64,000 nucleotides of DNA from Candidatus Poribacteria bacterium. GTDB lineage: Bacteria > Poribacteria > WGA-4E > PCPOR2b. The notes beneath the pieces were generated by a model. The model saw nothing but the letters and a program-made list of their open reading frames with translations, was not told the DNA's origin and made no database searches. Location of the stretch: positions 5,568,001 through 5,632,000 of the forward strand of contig OZ244042.1 of the NCBI GenBank assembly GCA_965215015.1, read 5' to 3'. A program made the position numbers and the translations under genes. Positions 50,022 through 59,819 of this stretch are shown here, piece by piece. Position 1 is the first letter of the stretch; every line of letters starts with the position of its first letter.

Positions 50022-51014
50022 CTACGGTACTTCGACCCCTTCAAAAACCTGTTTGATAATCTGTTCAGAAGAGATCTCCTCCGCCTCCGCTTCGTAGCTA
50101 ACGATCACGCGGTGTCTGAGGATATCCATGCCGACCGCGTAGACATCTTCTGGCGTCACATACCCGCGATGACGGAGGAAAGCGTGGGCTTTGGCCGCCA
50201 TCGCGAGGAAGATTGTCGCCCGCGGCGATGCACCGTATTCGATAAGGTCTGTGAGTTGATCCAATTGGTATTTTGCTGGCTCACGGGTGGCACAGACGAG
50301 ATCCACAATATAGTTTTCAATCTTCTCGTCCATGTAGATTTCACGGACTGTTGTGCGGAGTTGGAGAATTTCTTGCGGAGATATGACTTGTTGCATCGGT
50401 TGAAGTTCTTCCCGTGTGATTTGCCGTAAAATCGAAAGTTCTTCGGTCCGCGAGGGATAGGTCACCTGTAATTTGAGCATGAACCGGTCTACCTGTGCTT
50501 CTGGAAGGGGATAAGTTCCCTCTTGCTCAATTGGGTTTTGGGTTGCTAGGACGAGGAAGGGTGGGTCAAGGGGATAGGTTTCATCGCCGATTGTTACCTG
50601 CCGCTCTTGCATCGCTTCGAGGAGTGCGCTTTGGACCTTGGCGGGCGCACGGTTAATTTCGTCGGCGAGAACAAGGTTAGCGAAAATGGGACCCTTTTTG
50701 ACATAAAAATCGCCCGAACGTTGGTTATAGATTTGGGTGCCGATTAGGTCAGCAGGCAAAAGGTCAGGGGTAAATTGGAGGCGTTTGAAAGAGACAGCAA
50801 TTGTGTTGGAAAGGGCTTGGACAGCGGTTGTCTTAGCGAGACCGGGAACGCCCTCTAACAGGATATGACCGTTGCAGAGCAACCCGATAATCATCCGCTC
50901 GATCATATACTTCTGTCCAACGATAACTTTCCGAATCTCTTCAAAGATTGTTTCAACAAAGGCACTTGCCTCCTGAATCCTTGCGTTCAACGCCGTCAGT
51001 TCAGATTCTCTCAT
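50022..51014 (-). CDS. moxR: MoxR family AAA+ ATPase
   Basis: EGVPGLAKT, QFTPDLLPAD, ADEINRA and TQNPIEQEGTYPLPEAQVDRF motifs. Confidence 0.93.
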   Translation of the reverse strand: MRESELTALNARIQEASAFVETIFEEIRKVIVGQKYMIERMIIGLLCNGHILLEGVPGLAKTTAVQALSNTIAVSFKRLQFTPDLLPADLIGTQIYNQRSGDFYVKKGPIFANLVLADEINRAPAKVQSALLEAMQERQVTIGDETYPLDPPFLVLATQNPIEQEGTYPLPEAQVDRFMLKLQVTYPSRTEELSILRQITREELQPMQQVISPQEILQLRTTVREIYMDEKIENYIVDLVCATREPAKYQLDQLTDLIEYGASPRATIFLAMAAKAHAFLRHRGYVTPEDVYAVGMDILRHRVIVSYEAEAEEISSEQIIKQVFEGVEVP

Positions 51015-51111
51015 GTCTCAATTCCATCGTGGATTCACGATTGTGTAAGTCCCGATCTGATCGAACCAACACAATCGGAACCGACTCCTCAATTAGGTTG
51101 AACACCGAGGT

Positions 51112-51903
51112 TCAACCTTGAAGCCCCCTCCTGTAATTTTTATAGATCTCGCTAGTTTCATCTCCCTCTATATCCGCTTCAAATTCATCGGTTTCAACGG
51201 GTGACACAACAATTTGGCTTTCAAGAAACTCCCGCGCTGTCTGATAGATTCGCTCTTGGTCTGAATGGGAGGGGCGATGCTTAGAAAATTGAATCATGTC
51301 GCATGATCGGAGAATCTCGCCAACATGATCTGTAATACTATCGGTTAAGCCGTTGGGGAGCGCGGATAGGATTTGTCCGGTGGTGGCATCTAGGCCCTTG
51401 ATTTGGTATTTTTCTCCCACATACCGTTTGATAATTACCGCGATCGCTTCGTAGTATTCTTGGATGCGGCTTGATTCGCACAAAGCTCGCACCCGCTCTA
51501 AGTCCGTGAGTGCGATAGACTCAAGGGTATATTTATCGCGCGCTAAGGGGCTATCCTGCTCAGTCAACGGGGCGGGTCTATTAGAGCGCGTGGTGCCACG
51601 GGGGGGCACCGGAGAGGGCGAAGGGGGGATATATGTCGGCGGCGATATATCCCAATTTTTGGGTGTCCGTCGCCGTGGAAATAAGCCGGTCAATGAGGGG
51701 TTGTTTCGGCGCAGCCAGACATAGATACCACCTCCGAGGGCAATGATAAGCAATGCGGGGACCACAACGCCAAGAATTGCGCCAAAGATGCCCGGAGTTC
51801 CATTATTGCCGTTGAAATCGTTACTCGCTGCAAAGAGGGGGGCGGTGCCCAGAGCAAATTGGACACAAATTAAAACAGAAGTTGAATTGATTACTCGTTG
51901 CAC
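51112..51903 (-). CDS. Single-pass membrane hypothetical protein (Bat-operon accessory-like)
   Basis: Signal-like N-terminus, one TM helix, C-terminal YY…I.RY…TT.QI…CD…F motif; adjacent to moxR. Confidence 0.55.
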   Translation of the reverse strand: MQRVINSTSVLICVQFALGTAPLFAASNDFNGNNGTPGIFGAILGVVVPALLIIALGGGIYVWLRRNNPSLTGLFPRRRTPKNWDISPPTYIPPSPSPVPPRGTTRSNRPAPLTEQDSPLARDKYTLESIALTDLERVRALCESSRIQEYYEAIAVIIKRYVGEKYQIKGLDATTGQILSALPNGLTDSITDHVGEILRSCDMIQFSKHRPSHSDQERIYQTAREFLESQIVVSPVETDEFEADIEGDETSEIYKNYRRGLQG

Positions 51904-53318
51904 AAACTGTATTCCTTGATTTTTCTGAAGATTGTTCGTTTTGAAACTCCTAAAATTTTTGCGGCTTTTGCTCTGTTATTGCCAACATATTGGAGTGTCG
52001 ATCGAATAACTTCCTTCTCAATTTCTGCCATTGACATCCCCACTTCAACCAGCAACCCCGATGAAGGTAAGGTTGCCACGCCTGTGTCTGGAGCGGTAGG
52101 GGCGGAGAGAATAATGGGAGAACTGACACCGGCGGATTTGAGAATATGTTCCGGAATGTCATCAAGGTCGAGCTCTAGTTGATTCGACATGATAACCATA
52201 CCTTCAATGCAGTTTCTCAACTCTCGCACATTTCCCTGCCAGTTGTACTTCATCAACACTCGCATTGCCCGAGAGGTCATGCTTTGGGTCATCATCCGGT
52301 TTTCCCGGCAAAATTCTTCCGTGAAAGTTTTAACTAGGAGCGGAATATCCTCTCTTCGCTCACGGAGCAGTGGCAGAGAAATTCGGATGACGTTTAAGCG
52401 ATCGTAGAGATCTGGCAGAAACTTTTCCTGCTCCACCGCCTTCTCAAGATTACGGTTCGTTGCACAAATTACGCGAACATCAATCTCTATTGATTCATTC
52501 CCACCGACGCGCTGAAACTCCCTCTCGGCGAGTACTCGCAGGAGTCTTGCTTGGTTTGACAAACTTAATTGTCCCACTTCATCGAGAAATAACGTTCCCC
52601 CATGAGCCGCCTCAAACCGTCCCTTCCGCCTCTGATAGGCGCCTGTGAACGCGCCCCGTTCATGTCCGAAAAGTTCGGATTCTGCGAGCCCTTCGTTCAG
52701 GGCTGCACAATTAAATATAACTAGCGGCCCTCGCCTCAAACTTCGGTGGTGCATAGCGCGCGCGACTAGCTCCTTTCCGGTGCCTCGCTCCCCGCGAATC
52801 ATGACGGTAGCTTTGGTGGGGGCAATCTGTGCAATGAGATCTCGAATCTCTTGGATTTTCGGTGAGTGTCCCGTTAATTGGAGGAGTCCGACTCGCTCAT
52901 CAATCTGGGACTGTAATTGCCGATTTTCTTGGGTGAGCCGTTGGTTTTCGAGTACCTTGTGGAGGAGGGCTTTCAGTTGAGCATGGTTGAGGGGTTTAGG
53001 CAAAAAATAACTTGCCCCCATGTGAACCGTGGCTTTGATGCCAACATCGGTTTCTAAAACGTTTGGTGCTGTGATGAAGATCACCCCGACATCGGGGTTC
53101 TGATCATAGGCCGCTTCAAGGAGTTTGAGTCCATCAACTCGCTCCCCTATGAGTGGAGCGATCAACACATCAATATTCAAGCGTTCAATACGGTCTAACG
53201 CTTCATACATCGTGCGAGTCGCAAGCACATGCAACCTTTCGCGCTCAAGTGTGAGACAAATTGTTTCGCGCTGCCGGTAGTCTGGATCAACAACGAGGAT
53301 AGTGGTTTGGCTGTTCAT
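51891..53318 (-). CDS. Sigma54-dependent NtrC-family activator with atypical receiver domain
   Basis: GERGTGKE, GAFTGA, LFLDEV, WQGNVREL and Fis HTH. Confidence 0.92.
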   Translation of the reverse strand: MNSQTTILVVDPDYRQRETICLTLERERLHVLATRTMYEALDRIERLNIDVLIAPLIGERVDGLKLLEAAYDQNPDVGVIFITAPNVLETDVGIKATVHMGASYFLPKPLNHAQLKALLHKVLENQRLTQENRQLQSQIDERVGLLQLTGHSPKIQEIRDLIAQIAPTKATVMIRGERGTGKELVARAMHHRSLRRGPLVIFNCAALNEGLAESELFGHERGAFTGAYQRRKGRFEAAHGGTLFLDEVGQLSLSNQARLLRVLAEREFQRVGGNESIEIDVRVICATNRNLEKAVEQEKFLPDLYDRLNVIRISLPLLRERREDIPLLVKTFTEEFCRENRMMTQSMTSRAMRVLMKYNWQGNVRELRNCIEGMVIMSNQLELDLDDIPEHILKSAGVSSPIILSAPTAPDTGVATLPSSGLLVEVGMSMAEIEKEVIRSTLQYVGNNRAKAAKILGVSKRTIFRKIKEYSLCNE

Positions 53319-53322
53319 TGTG

Positions 53323-53766
53323 CTAGCCTAGTTTCTGTCTGACAATTTGGCTAACAACCGAATTGTCTGCTTTACCTCTCAACTGTGGGACGAGTCTACC
53401 CATGACCTTGCCCATATCTCGCATTGATGTGGCCCCTAACTCCTCAATCGCGTCTGTGACAACGGCTGCGATTTCTTCCTCCGAAAGTTGAGCAGGAAGA
53501 AATTCTTGCAATATATTAATCTGTTCCATTTCGGCTTCGACGAGATTACCACGATTAGATTGGCGCAGCTGTTCCAGCGCATCCTTCCGTTTCTTAATCT
53601 GGCTGGCGATTACCTCTAAAACGCCATCATCATCCAACTCAACCTGACTATTGATTTCCTTATCTCGGACAGCACCACGCACCATGCGAATCGCAGACAG
53701 ACGGTTTTTGTCTCTTGCTCTCATCGCCTGCTTCATATCTTCGTTTAATTGTTCTTTGAGTTCCAT
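53323..53766 (-). CDS. yqeY: GatB/YqeY domain protein
   Basis: DMKQAMRA…LPAQLS…DMGKVM…GKAD. Confidence 0.9.
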   Translation of the reverse strand: MELKEQLNEDMKQAMRARDKNRLSAIRMVRGAVRDKEINSQVELDDDGVLEVIASQIKKRKDALEQLRQSNRGNLVEAEMEQINILQEFLPAQLSEEEIAAVVTDAIEELGATSMRDMGKVMGRLVPQLRGKADNSVVSQIVRQKLG

Positions 53767-54144
53767 AAAAAAATCCTTCGTCTCTCTACATAATTTGCTA
53801 TAGAGTCCGTTTGAAAAGTCATTTTGGGCAAAGTGATTTGCCCTGAAACTGAGTTTTTTCTTCAAAATTTGGTTTCTGCCGCAATCCAGAAGGGCGTGCA
53901 CTATCCAACGGCATATCATTATATTCAGGAACAGTGGTAGGGACTTGGTTTTCCAACCCGACGGTTTGGGAGAATCGACTCCTACCCGCCCAATGCGGCT
54001 CGCTGTAGATTGGCAAATCCACAGCACTTGGGGACAATCTCTTGCTTTTTAAAACAGGTTCTATAAGCAGATTAAAATGATACCCCATCTCCCAACAGTC
54101 GTCAAGCCAAAAAGTAGGACAATAAACCTTGATAAGATCAGGAT

Positions 54145-54822
54145 TCAAAGCAACTGGCTATACGTTCGAGGCGCGGGGATGCTTTCCCCCGCGAGGGCCA
54201 TGCCAAACAGGTGATCTTGCAACAGTTGCAACCCTGCCGGGGTATCCACATCATACCACGGCGGGAGCAAGCCCAATCGTGCGTTAATCATCCGAATTTT
54301 TTCAAGCGTTTGTCGGAAGACGACATCGGTGCTCCATGTGACTTCCTCAAAAATAGTGGGAATTAACAACGATGCCCCGTGCTTTGAAAAGCCGATCAGG
54401 TAGTATCCGCCGTCCACACTGGGACCGATGACAACATCACGCGATTCTAGTAAATCGAGCGCGTGTTCAACATACTGAATTGGGAGTGTTGGACTATCTG
54501 AACCCACGAATAGAAATTTTGCATAATCCCGATCATACGCCCAGTATGCGGCAGCAATCAAGCGTTCCCCAAGCGTTGCACCTTGTTGGGGAATGTAAAC
54601 CAGATCTTCACCGATCAGGGTTTGCAAAGCATTTAAGCCTTCGGGCGGTGTATAGGCAATCACGCGGTGAACTGTAGAGATTGTGGAAAGGACGTTGCAC
54701 CAATCGACGAGGAACGCCTGATATAGTGCCGCAGCCTGCCCTGCCGAAAGATGCGGTATGAGGCGGGTTTTAACTTGACCGGGAACAGGGCTTTTGACAA
54801 AAACTATGACGCAAACAGCCAT
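54145..54822 (-). CDS. DUF2064/TIGR04282 glycosyltransferase-like protein
   Basis: PGQVKTRL, GSDSP, GPSVDGGYYLIG and DVDT motifs. Confidence 0.88.
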   Translation of the reverse strand: MAVCVIVFVKSPVPGQVKTRLIPHLSAGQAAALYQAFLVDWCNVLSTISTVHRVIAYTPPEGLNALQTLIGEDLVYIPQQGATLGERLIAAAYWAYDRDYAKFLFVGSDSPTLPIQYVEHALDLLESRDVVIGPSVDGGYYLIGFSKHGASLLIPTIFEEVTWSTDVVFRQTLEKIRMINARLGLLPPWYDVDTPAGLQLLQDHLFGMALAGESIPAPRTYSQLL

Positions 54823-55820
54823 ATTTTGCCCCCTCGTTGTGCGTTGTGACGGGCATCTACCTGGTAGGGAAAGAAGGCGGACTGCAAATCCGATGGTTCT
54901 GATGGGCTTGGCTGGCGTTGTCTCCAAGCCATAGCGATTACAATGCAAGCGATAATGATTGCTAGAAAAGCGATTAGATTTCCTTTGAGCGTTCCACCGC
55001 TGCGATCAATCTGAAATTTTGCAACACAGCCGGTAACCGCAGCGAGTAGAGCGAGCATCAGACTGGCGTACCACGGCAGATGGACAATCACGCCGAGGAG
55101 GGAAACCAACGATACCCACAGACCGAACTTGGCAAGGCGACTGATTGGCGCGTCCGCAGCACTAGCATTGCCAGGAGCGGGTTCCGTTTGTTGCTGATTG
55201 TGCGGTCGGGATGGCGGCACGTCCCGATAGGTGGATTCGACTAAATGGATAAACTCCGGCAACAAATTCTCCCGCCTAAGCCATTGGGAAAGGTTCGGAT
55301 ATTCGTGCCTGATGAGGATTGAAAACTCTTGGCGTTGAGCACTAAAATCGATAAACTCTTCCCAGCGGGCCTCTTCGACCATATAATAAGGTGTTACCCC
55401 AACTTGCAGTTCATAGCCTCGTCCGACGTGATGGGCAATTTTACCAATCCCCTCACGCTCCGCAATGACGATTGCTTTTCCCGCTGTCGGTGTCTCTTGT
55501 GGTAGGGCACTTTCCGAAGGATTCGCGGCGCGCGCCAGATCGAGATTGCTTTCATTAGCCGTATGCTGATTTTCATATTCCTCATTCGTTATTGCCAGCC
55601 CGGTCTTACTAACGATTTCTAAGGCATCAACTAAGTTTTCAGGGTCAACGAAAAGGATAATATGGCGTTGCCTATCGGCGTTACGCATGTATTCAGGACG
55701 GCAACGAATCTGTTTATTACTGAGCATCGTCTGAATCAGGTTTGATTCCCACTCGTCTGTCGTGCGATAGATTTCAACCCAATCGTCGGTACTAAAAAGT
55801 ATGTCGTTGTTTTTAGCCAC
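54804..55820 (-). CDS. Membrane hypothetical protein (DUF2007-like N-terminus, DUF4190-like TM C-terminus)
   Basis: WVEIY…E.NLI..ML at the N-terminus; C-terminal TM helices with GTLKG. Confidence 0.55.
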   Translation of the reverse strand: MAKNNDILFSTDDWVEIYRTTDEWESNLIQTMLSNKQIRCRPEYMRNADRQRHIILFVDPENLVDALEIVSKTGLAITNEEYENQHTANESNLDLARAANPSESALPQETPTAGKAIVIAEREGIGKIAHHVGRGYELQVGVTPYYMVEEARWEEFIDFSAQRQEFSILIRHEYPNLSQWLRRENLLPEFIHLVESTYRDVPPSRPHNQQQTEPAPGNASAADAPISRLAKFGLWVSLVSLLGVIVHLPWYASLMLALLAAVTGCVAKFQIDRSGGTLKGNLIAFLAIIIACIVIAMAWRQRQPSPSEPSDLQSAFFPYQVDARHNAQRGGKIWLFAS

Positions 55821-55856
55821 GGTTTTCCTCTGCGGTGCGACTTATGTCACAGTGAG

Positions 55857-56321
55857 CTACATCTCTGGACTGTAAAGAATCGCTTCATCAATTCGGCGAT
55901 AGTCAACGAGCTCGCTGGAATCGAACAGAATGTTCAACTCACGTTCTGCGTTCTCAGGGGAATCTGAGGCGTGGACAACATTGTGAGTGATGTCAATTGA
56001 AAAATCTCCACGAATGCTGCCGGGGTAAGATTCATTCGGTCTTGTTGCCCCATTTACTAGACGCACCAGCTCGATAGCATTTCGTCCCTCAAGGGCAATC
56101 GCCACAATCGGCGTCGAGGTCATAAATTGGATGAGGTAGTCGTAAAAAAACTTTCCCTGATGTGGCGCGTAGAGTTGATCCGCTCGGTCTTTTGGAAGTT
56201 TAACTAACTTCAGTCCGACCAGTTTGAGGCCCTTGCGTTCAAAGCGGGCGATAATTTCACCAATCAGGCCACGTTGAACGCCATCCGGTTTAATCAAAAC
56301 TAAGGTTTTCTCTGGGTCCAT
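55857..56321 (-). CDS. ndk: Nucleoside diphosphate kinase
   Basis: IKPDGVQR, PGSIRGD and NVVHASDS motifs. Confidence 0.96.
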   Translation of the reverse strand: MDPEKTLVLIKPDGVQRGLIGEIIARFERKGLKLVGLKLVKLPKDRADQLYAPHQGKFFYDYLIQFMTSTPIVAIALEGRNAIELVRLVNGATRPNESYPGSIRGDFSIDITHNVVHASDSPENAERELNILFDSSELVDYRRIDEAILYSPEM

Positions 56322-56404
56322 TTAACCGCCTATTTGTTGTAATATGTAATGGGTGAGCGGCACAGACACACCTTGCGCGGTCCAACCACTCACCATTTAC
56401 TGGG

Positions 56405-57271
56405 TTACAGGGTTTTCTCCAACTCCTTCAGTAATTCCTTCTGTTTTCTTGTCAAGGAACGGGGAATTTCGATCTTGATCTGGACGCGTAGATCCCCCTT
56501 ACGCTTCGACGAATCGACAACGCCACCCCCACGGACTCTCAACTGTTGCTCCGGCTGCGTCCCCGGCGGGATTTTCAGATCGATGTGTCCCTTTAGGGTC
56601 GGAACACGAATTTTCCCGCCCAAGGCTGCGAGCGTAAAAGGCACTGTGGCTTGGGTCACGAGATCTAAATCCTCTCGCTTAAAATTTGGATGTGGTTGAA
56701 CAGCGATTTTCACAATCAGTGAGCCGCGCTGTCCCCTCGCAGTTAGATTTCCTTGACCGGCAAGACGCAAGGATTGTCCATCCTTAATGCCCGGTGGAAT
56801 CTTAATGGTAAGGGTCCTGGCGTTCACCTGAACCCGCTTTTCGGCACCCAATATGGATTCCTCAAACGAGATTGTCAGTCTTGTTTGCACGTGGCCAGGG
56901 CGTTGTGATTCAAAGCCGGTAGGATTGTCCCTACTAAATACATCTCCGAAGACATCACCGAAGTTCCCAAAGGCCTCACGTCCAAAGATATCTCCAAAAT
57001 TGGCGAAAATGTCCTCAAAGTTTGTGTATCCTTGAAATCCGGCGTTATGGACTCCCGCGTGTCCGCGTATATCGTAGATCTTCCGCTTCTCGGTATCCGA
57101 TAACACGTCGTATGCATTTGAGGCTTCCTTGAATTTTTCTTCCGCAGTCTTATCTCCCGGGTTTTTGTCGGGATGATATTTCAGCGCGACCTTGCGGTAA
57201 GCCCGCTTAATCTCCTCTGGAGAAGCGTTCCGTTTCACCCCAAGGACTTCATAGTAATCTCGTTCTGCCAT
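56405..57271 (-). CDS. DnaJ/CbpA-type co-chaperone lacking the zinc-finger region
   Basis: J domain with HPD, G/F region and C-terminal domain; no CxxCxGxG repeats. Confidence 0.9.
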   Translation of the reverse strand: MAERDYYEVLGVKRNASPEEIKRAYRKVALKYHPDKNPGDKTAEEKFKEASNAYDVLSDTEKRKIYDIRGHAGVHNAGFQGYTNFEDIFANFGDIFGREAFGNFGDVFGDVFSRDNPTGFESQRPGHVQTRLTISFEESILGAEKRVQVNARTLTIKIPPGIKDGQSLRLAGQGNLTARGQRGSLIVKIAVQPHPNFKREDLDLVTQATVPFTLAALGGKIRVPTLKGHIDLKIPPGTQPEQQLRVRGGGVVDSSKRKGDLRVQIKIEIPRSLTRKQKELLKELEKTL

Positions 57272-57413
57272 CTAATTTTCCCTTGTATCTCAAATGGTAT
57301 TAACCAATGGTGCTAGTTTGCAACTGTTGATACACTTTCCGATCAAAAACCTTAAGTGAAACGTGAAAGCCATTTTGCTCATGGGTTCATTTTGTTGATT
57401 GATTTATTAATCA

Positions 57414-57573
57414 AGGGGTGTGCATAATTCGAGACACATTATAGCGAAATTCAAGCGAGGGGTCCTCGGTCAATCGTAGGGGTTTGGATACCAAGCCCGA
57501 CGGGTTGGGAGACCCGTCCCTTACACATTGAGAGATGTTGAGAAGTATCCGCAACCTATTTATGAGCACCCCT
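57414..57573. mobile_element. MITE-like element with an internal REP doublet
   Basis: Terminal inverted repeats AGGGGTGTGCATAA / TTATGAGCACCCCT; GTAG palindromes at 57476-57525 also seen at 53937-53986. Confidence 0.6.
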
Positions 57574-57581
57574 TCATTAAT

Positions 57582-57970
57582 TAGGATTACGCACGTGAGT
57601 TTGTCGTAACGCCATTCAACCCGCGGCACCATAGAACATAAATCGCCCAACAGTAGTAAGGATAAGCCGTATGCTGTCCCCCCTTTCCCCCGCTTAAGGG
57701 GGAAGGGGGGACAGCACGGCGGACATGACGCCTACTTTGGCATTCACTGTCGCCGCCCGATTCATCGGGTGGTGGGAGGCACCTTCACCGGCGGTGAATC
57801 GCCGAGGATACCCGGACTCTAGCGCAAGAGAATACCAGATACTCTAGCGCGATAATCCTGGCTCAATCCGCCCGGAACATTACGCTATAGTCCGGGGGTT
57901 TTCAACCGTCCATGAACATTGCGCGACCTTTTCGGGTATTGGCTTCGAGGGGGCAACGGCGTAAGTCCTA
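57582..57970. mobile_element. MITE-like element
   Basis: Termini TAGGATTACGC / GCGTAAGTCCTA enclosing several palindromes; no ORF. Confidence 0.6.
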
Positions 57971-58058
57971 AATGTACGAATGAACTTTTCTTTATTGAAC
58001 CGAGCGAACTGTTGAACGACGTGGAAACGACAACCTCACCAACTCGCACCAAAGGTTA
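57944..58058 (-). repeat. Dispersed ~115-bp element, copy B
   Basis: Similar to 32220-32333. Confidence 0.8.
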
Positions 58059-58490
58059 TTATGCGTCGCCGCCGTGATCCGGATTTAGTTTTTCATCAAG
58101 GCTGTACCTACCCGGTCCAATCAGAATCAAGCTCAGAAAAACGATGCCGGCTTCAATCGCGTGCGAGGCACCCCCCAACCCATCCCCGCGACTTAGATGA
58201 CTCGCAGTAGCGACCAACATCGTTATTGTCAGAAGGATACAGGCGGGTCTAAGGAAAAAACCGAGAATGAGACAGATACCCCCCAAAGCCTCTGAAATCG
58301 CAGCCATGAATCCCCAAAACGCCGGTATGAATGTAATACCAAAACTCCCCATTGCCATCCCGATCTTTTCCCATTTCTCGGGACCGCCAAACAGTTTTGG
58401 GAACCCATGGAAGAGGAACATACACCCAAGTCCGATCCGAAGAATTAATAAACCGATGTGTCGATGTTTATCCAAAAATGTCAAGATCAT
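58059..58490 (-). CDS. DoxX family membrane protein
   Basis: LILRIGLG…HGFPK, E..GG..L..G…R and GPGRYSLD motifs. Confidence 0.92.
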   Translation of the reverse strand: MILTFLDKHRHIGLLILRIGLGCMFLFHGFPKLFGGPEKWEKIGMAMGSFGITFIPAFWGFMAAISEALGGICLILGFFLRPACILLTITMLVATASHLSRGDGLGGASHAIEAGIVFLSLILIGPGRYSLDEKLNPDHGGDA

Positions 58491-58794
58491 CTCTTGTGTC
58501 TCCTTTCGTGTTTGGTTGTTGGAAGATATCTAGCATGTTGCATAACATTCCTGGATCAATTAACCAGATCCTATAGTGCAACCATTCTAGATATGTGCTG
58601 CCCAAGCTTGCCCTCGTGAAAACAAGGAAATGATAGGCGATCCTAAGAAAATAATCAAGAAAAAAAATACAGGTCTTGACCGAGGACATTGCCGAAGGCT
58701 TCGGTGTTCTGAAACTGAATCCTTACGATTTTCGTGTGAGATCAATCGGGTTGAAAAGCATCCTCAATTCGATCCTGTCAACATAAGGCAATTC

Positions 58795-59655
58795 TCATTT
58801 ACCCCCATTTTTTTTTGGTATAGATTTGAGTTATTTTTATGAGTTAGGATAGTAAGAATAATTGTGATTAAGGGGGTTGGGGGGTATCTCCGCGGCACAG
58901 TGGCAGTGTAAAGTAAGGATTGAGCCACCACCCGCCCCACGCCTCAGCCACTACCCGCTTTATCACCGTAATCAGTGAGTCGATTTTTGTCCGTGTGTTG
59001 AAGGCTTTTGCCCATCGGTCTCCTGACTTTTGATAGGTGATAAACAGTAAGCCATAACTGAGACAAGCTAACAACCATAACAGGTTGATGCGGGATTTTG
59101 ACGGGTTTTTGAGTCTCAAGCTGCCAAAGCCAAAGCCGGTCTTGATGTCGCGAAAGCCGTGTTCAATCTGCATTCTTCGCTTATAATAGTGGTATATTTG
59201 ACACCCCGTCAGATGACTTGAAATCAGATACATCGGTTCAGCAAACCACCGCGGATGACAAACGGAATCTGTTGTGCCTTGAGAAACTTTATCACATATT
59301 TAGCACGGGCGAAGCCTCTATCGAATATCAACGTGGCTTCACACCGGTCCGGTAAAATCGCTTGCGTCTTTTGATACAGTGTGAGACAAAAGCGTTGGAT
59401 AATCGCATTATGGCGGGTATAGGTCAACTACGGGGTTGAAAATCTCGGTGAGAGTAGTTATCATAGAACTGAGATTCACCGGCTTATGGCGGTGGGTGCC
59501 TTTCATAATACCTCCTTGTTTAAAACAATCGATATTTTAGACTTTTAGACAGGTTAGACAGGGAGGTATTTTACCATATCTGACAACCCCTGCTCACATC
59601 TATGCCTCTCTAAAACAAACAACATTACACCTCTCAAAAAAATGGGGGTAAGTGA
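58795..59655 (-). mobile_element. Internally deleted IS4-family insertion sequence
   Basis: 20-bp inverted repeats TCA(T/C)TTACCCCCATTTTTTT; transposase fragments DRGF and YKRRMQIEHGFRDIK (YREK signature). Confidence 0.8.
58868..59506 (-). pseudogene. IS4-family transposase fragments
   Basis: AAGGAGG RBS and ATG at 59506, followed by three short out-of-frame pieces. Confidence 0.75.
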
Positions 59656-59736
59656 CCAATAAAGTGAGTTGATTTTCCAAAATCGATAGCCTGCATCGAG
59701 ATCTGAATCTCGACTAACGGGGTTTATCATTCGTAC

Positions 59737-59780
59737 AAAAAAAACTGCTAAATGCCTCGTTGCGAGGAGGCATTTAGCAG
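59737..59780 (-). terminator. Rho-independent terminator
   Basis: CTGCTAAATGCCTC / GAGGCATTTAGCAG stem with T8 on the minus strand, downstream of the large gene. Confidence 0.85.
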
Positions 59781-59819
59781 CTATGTTAAGTGAATGTATA
59801 GTAATGTATAGTGTGGACG

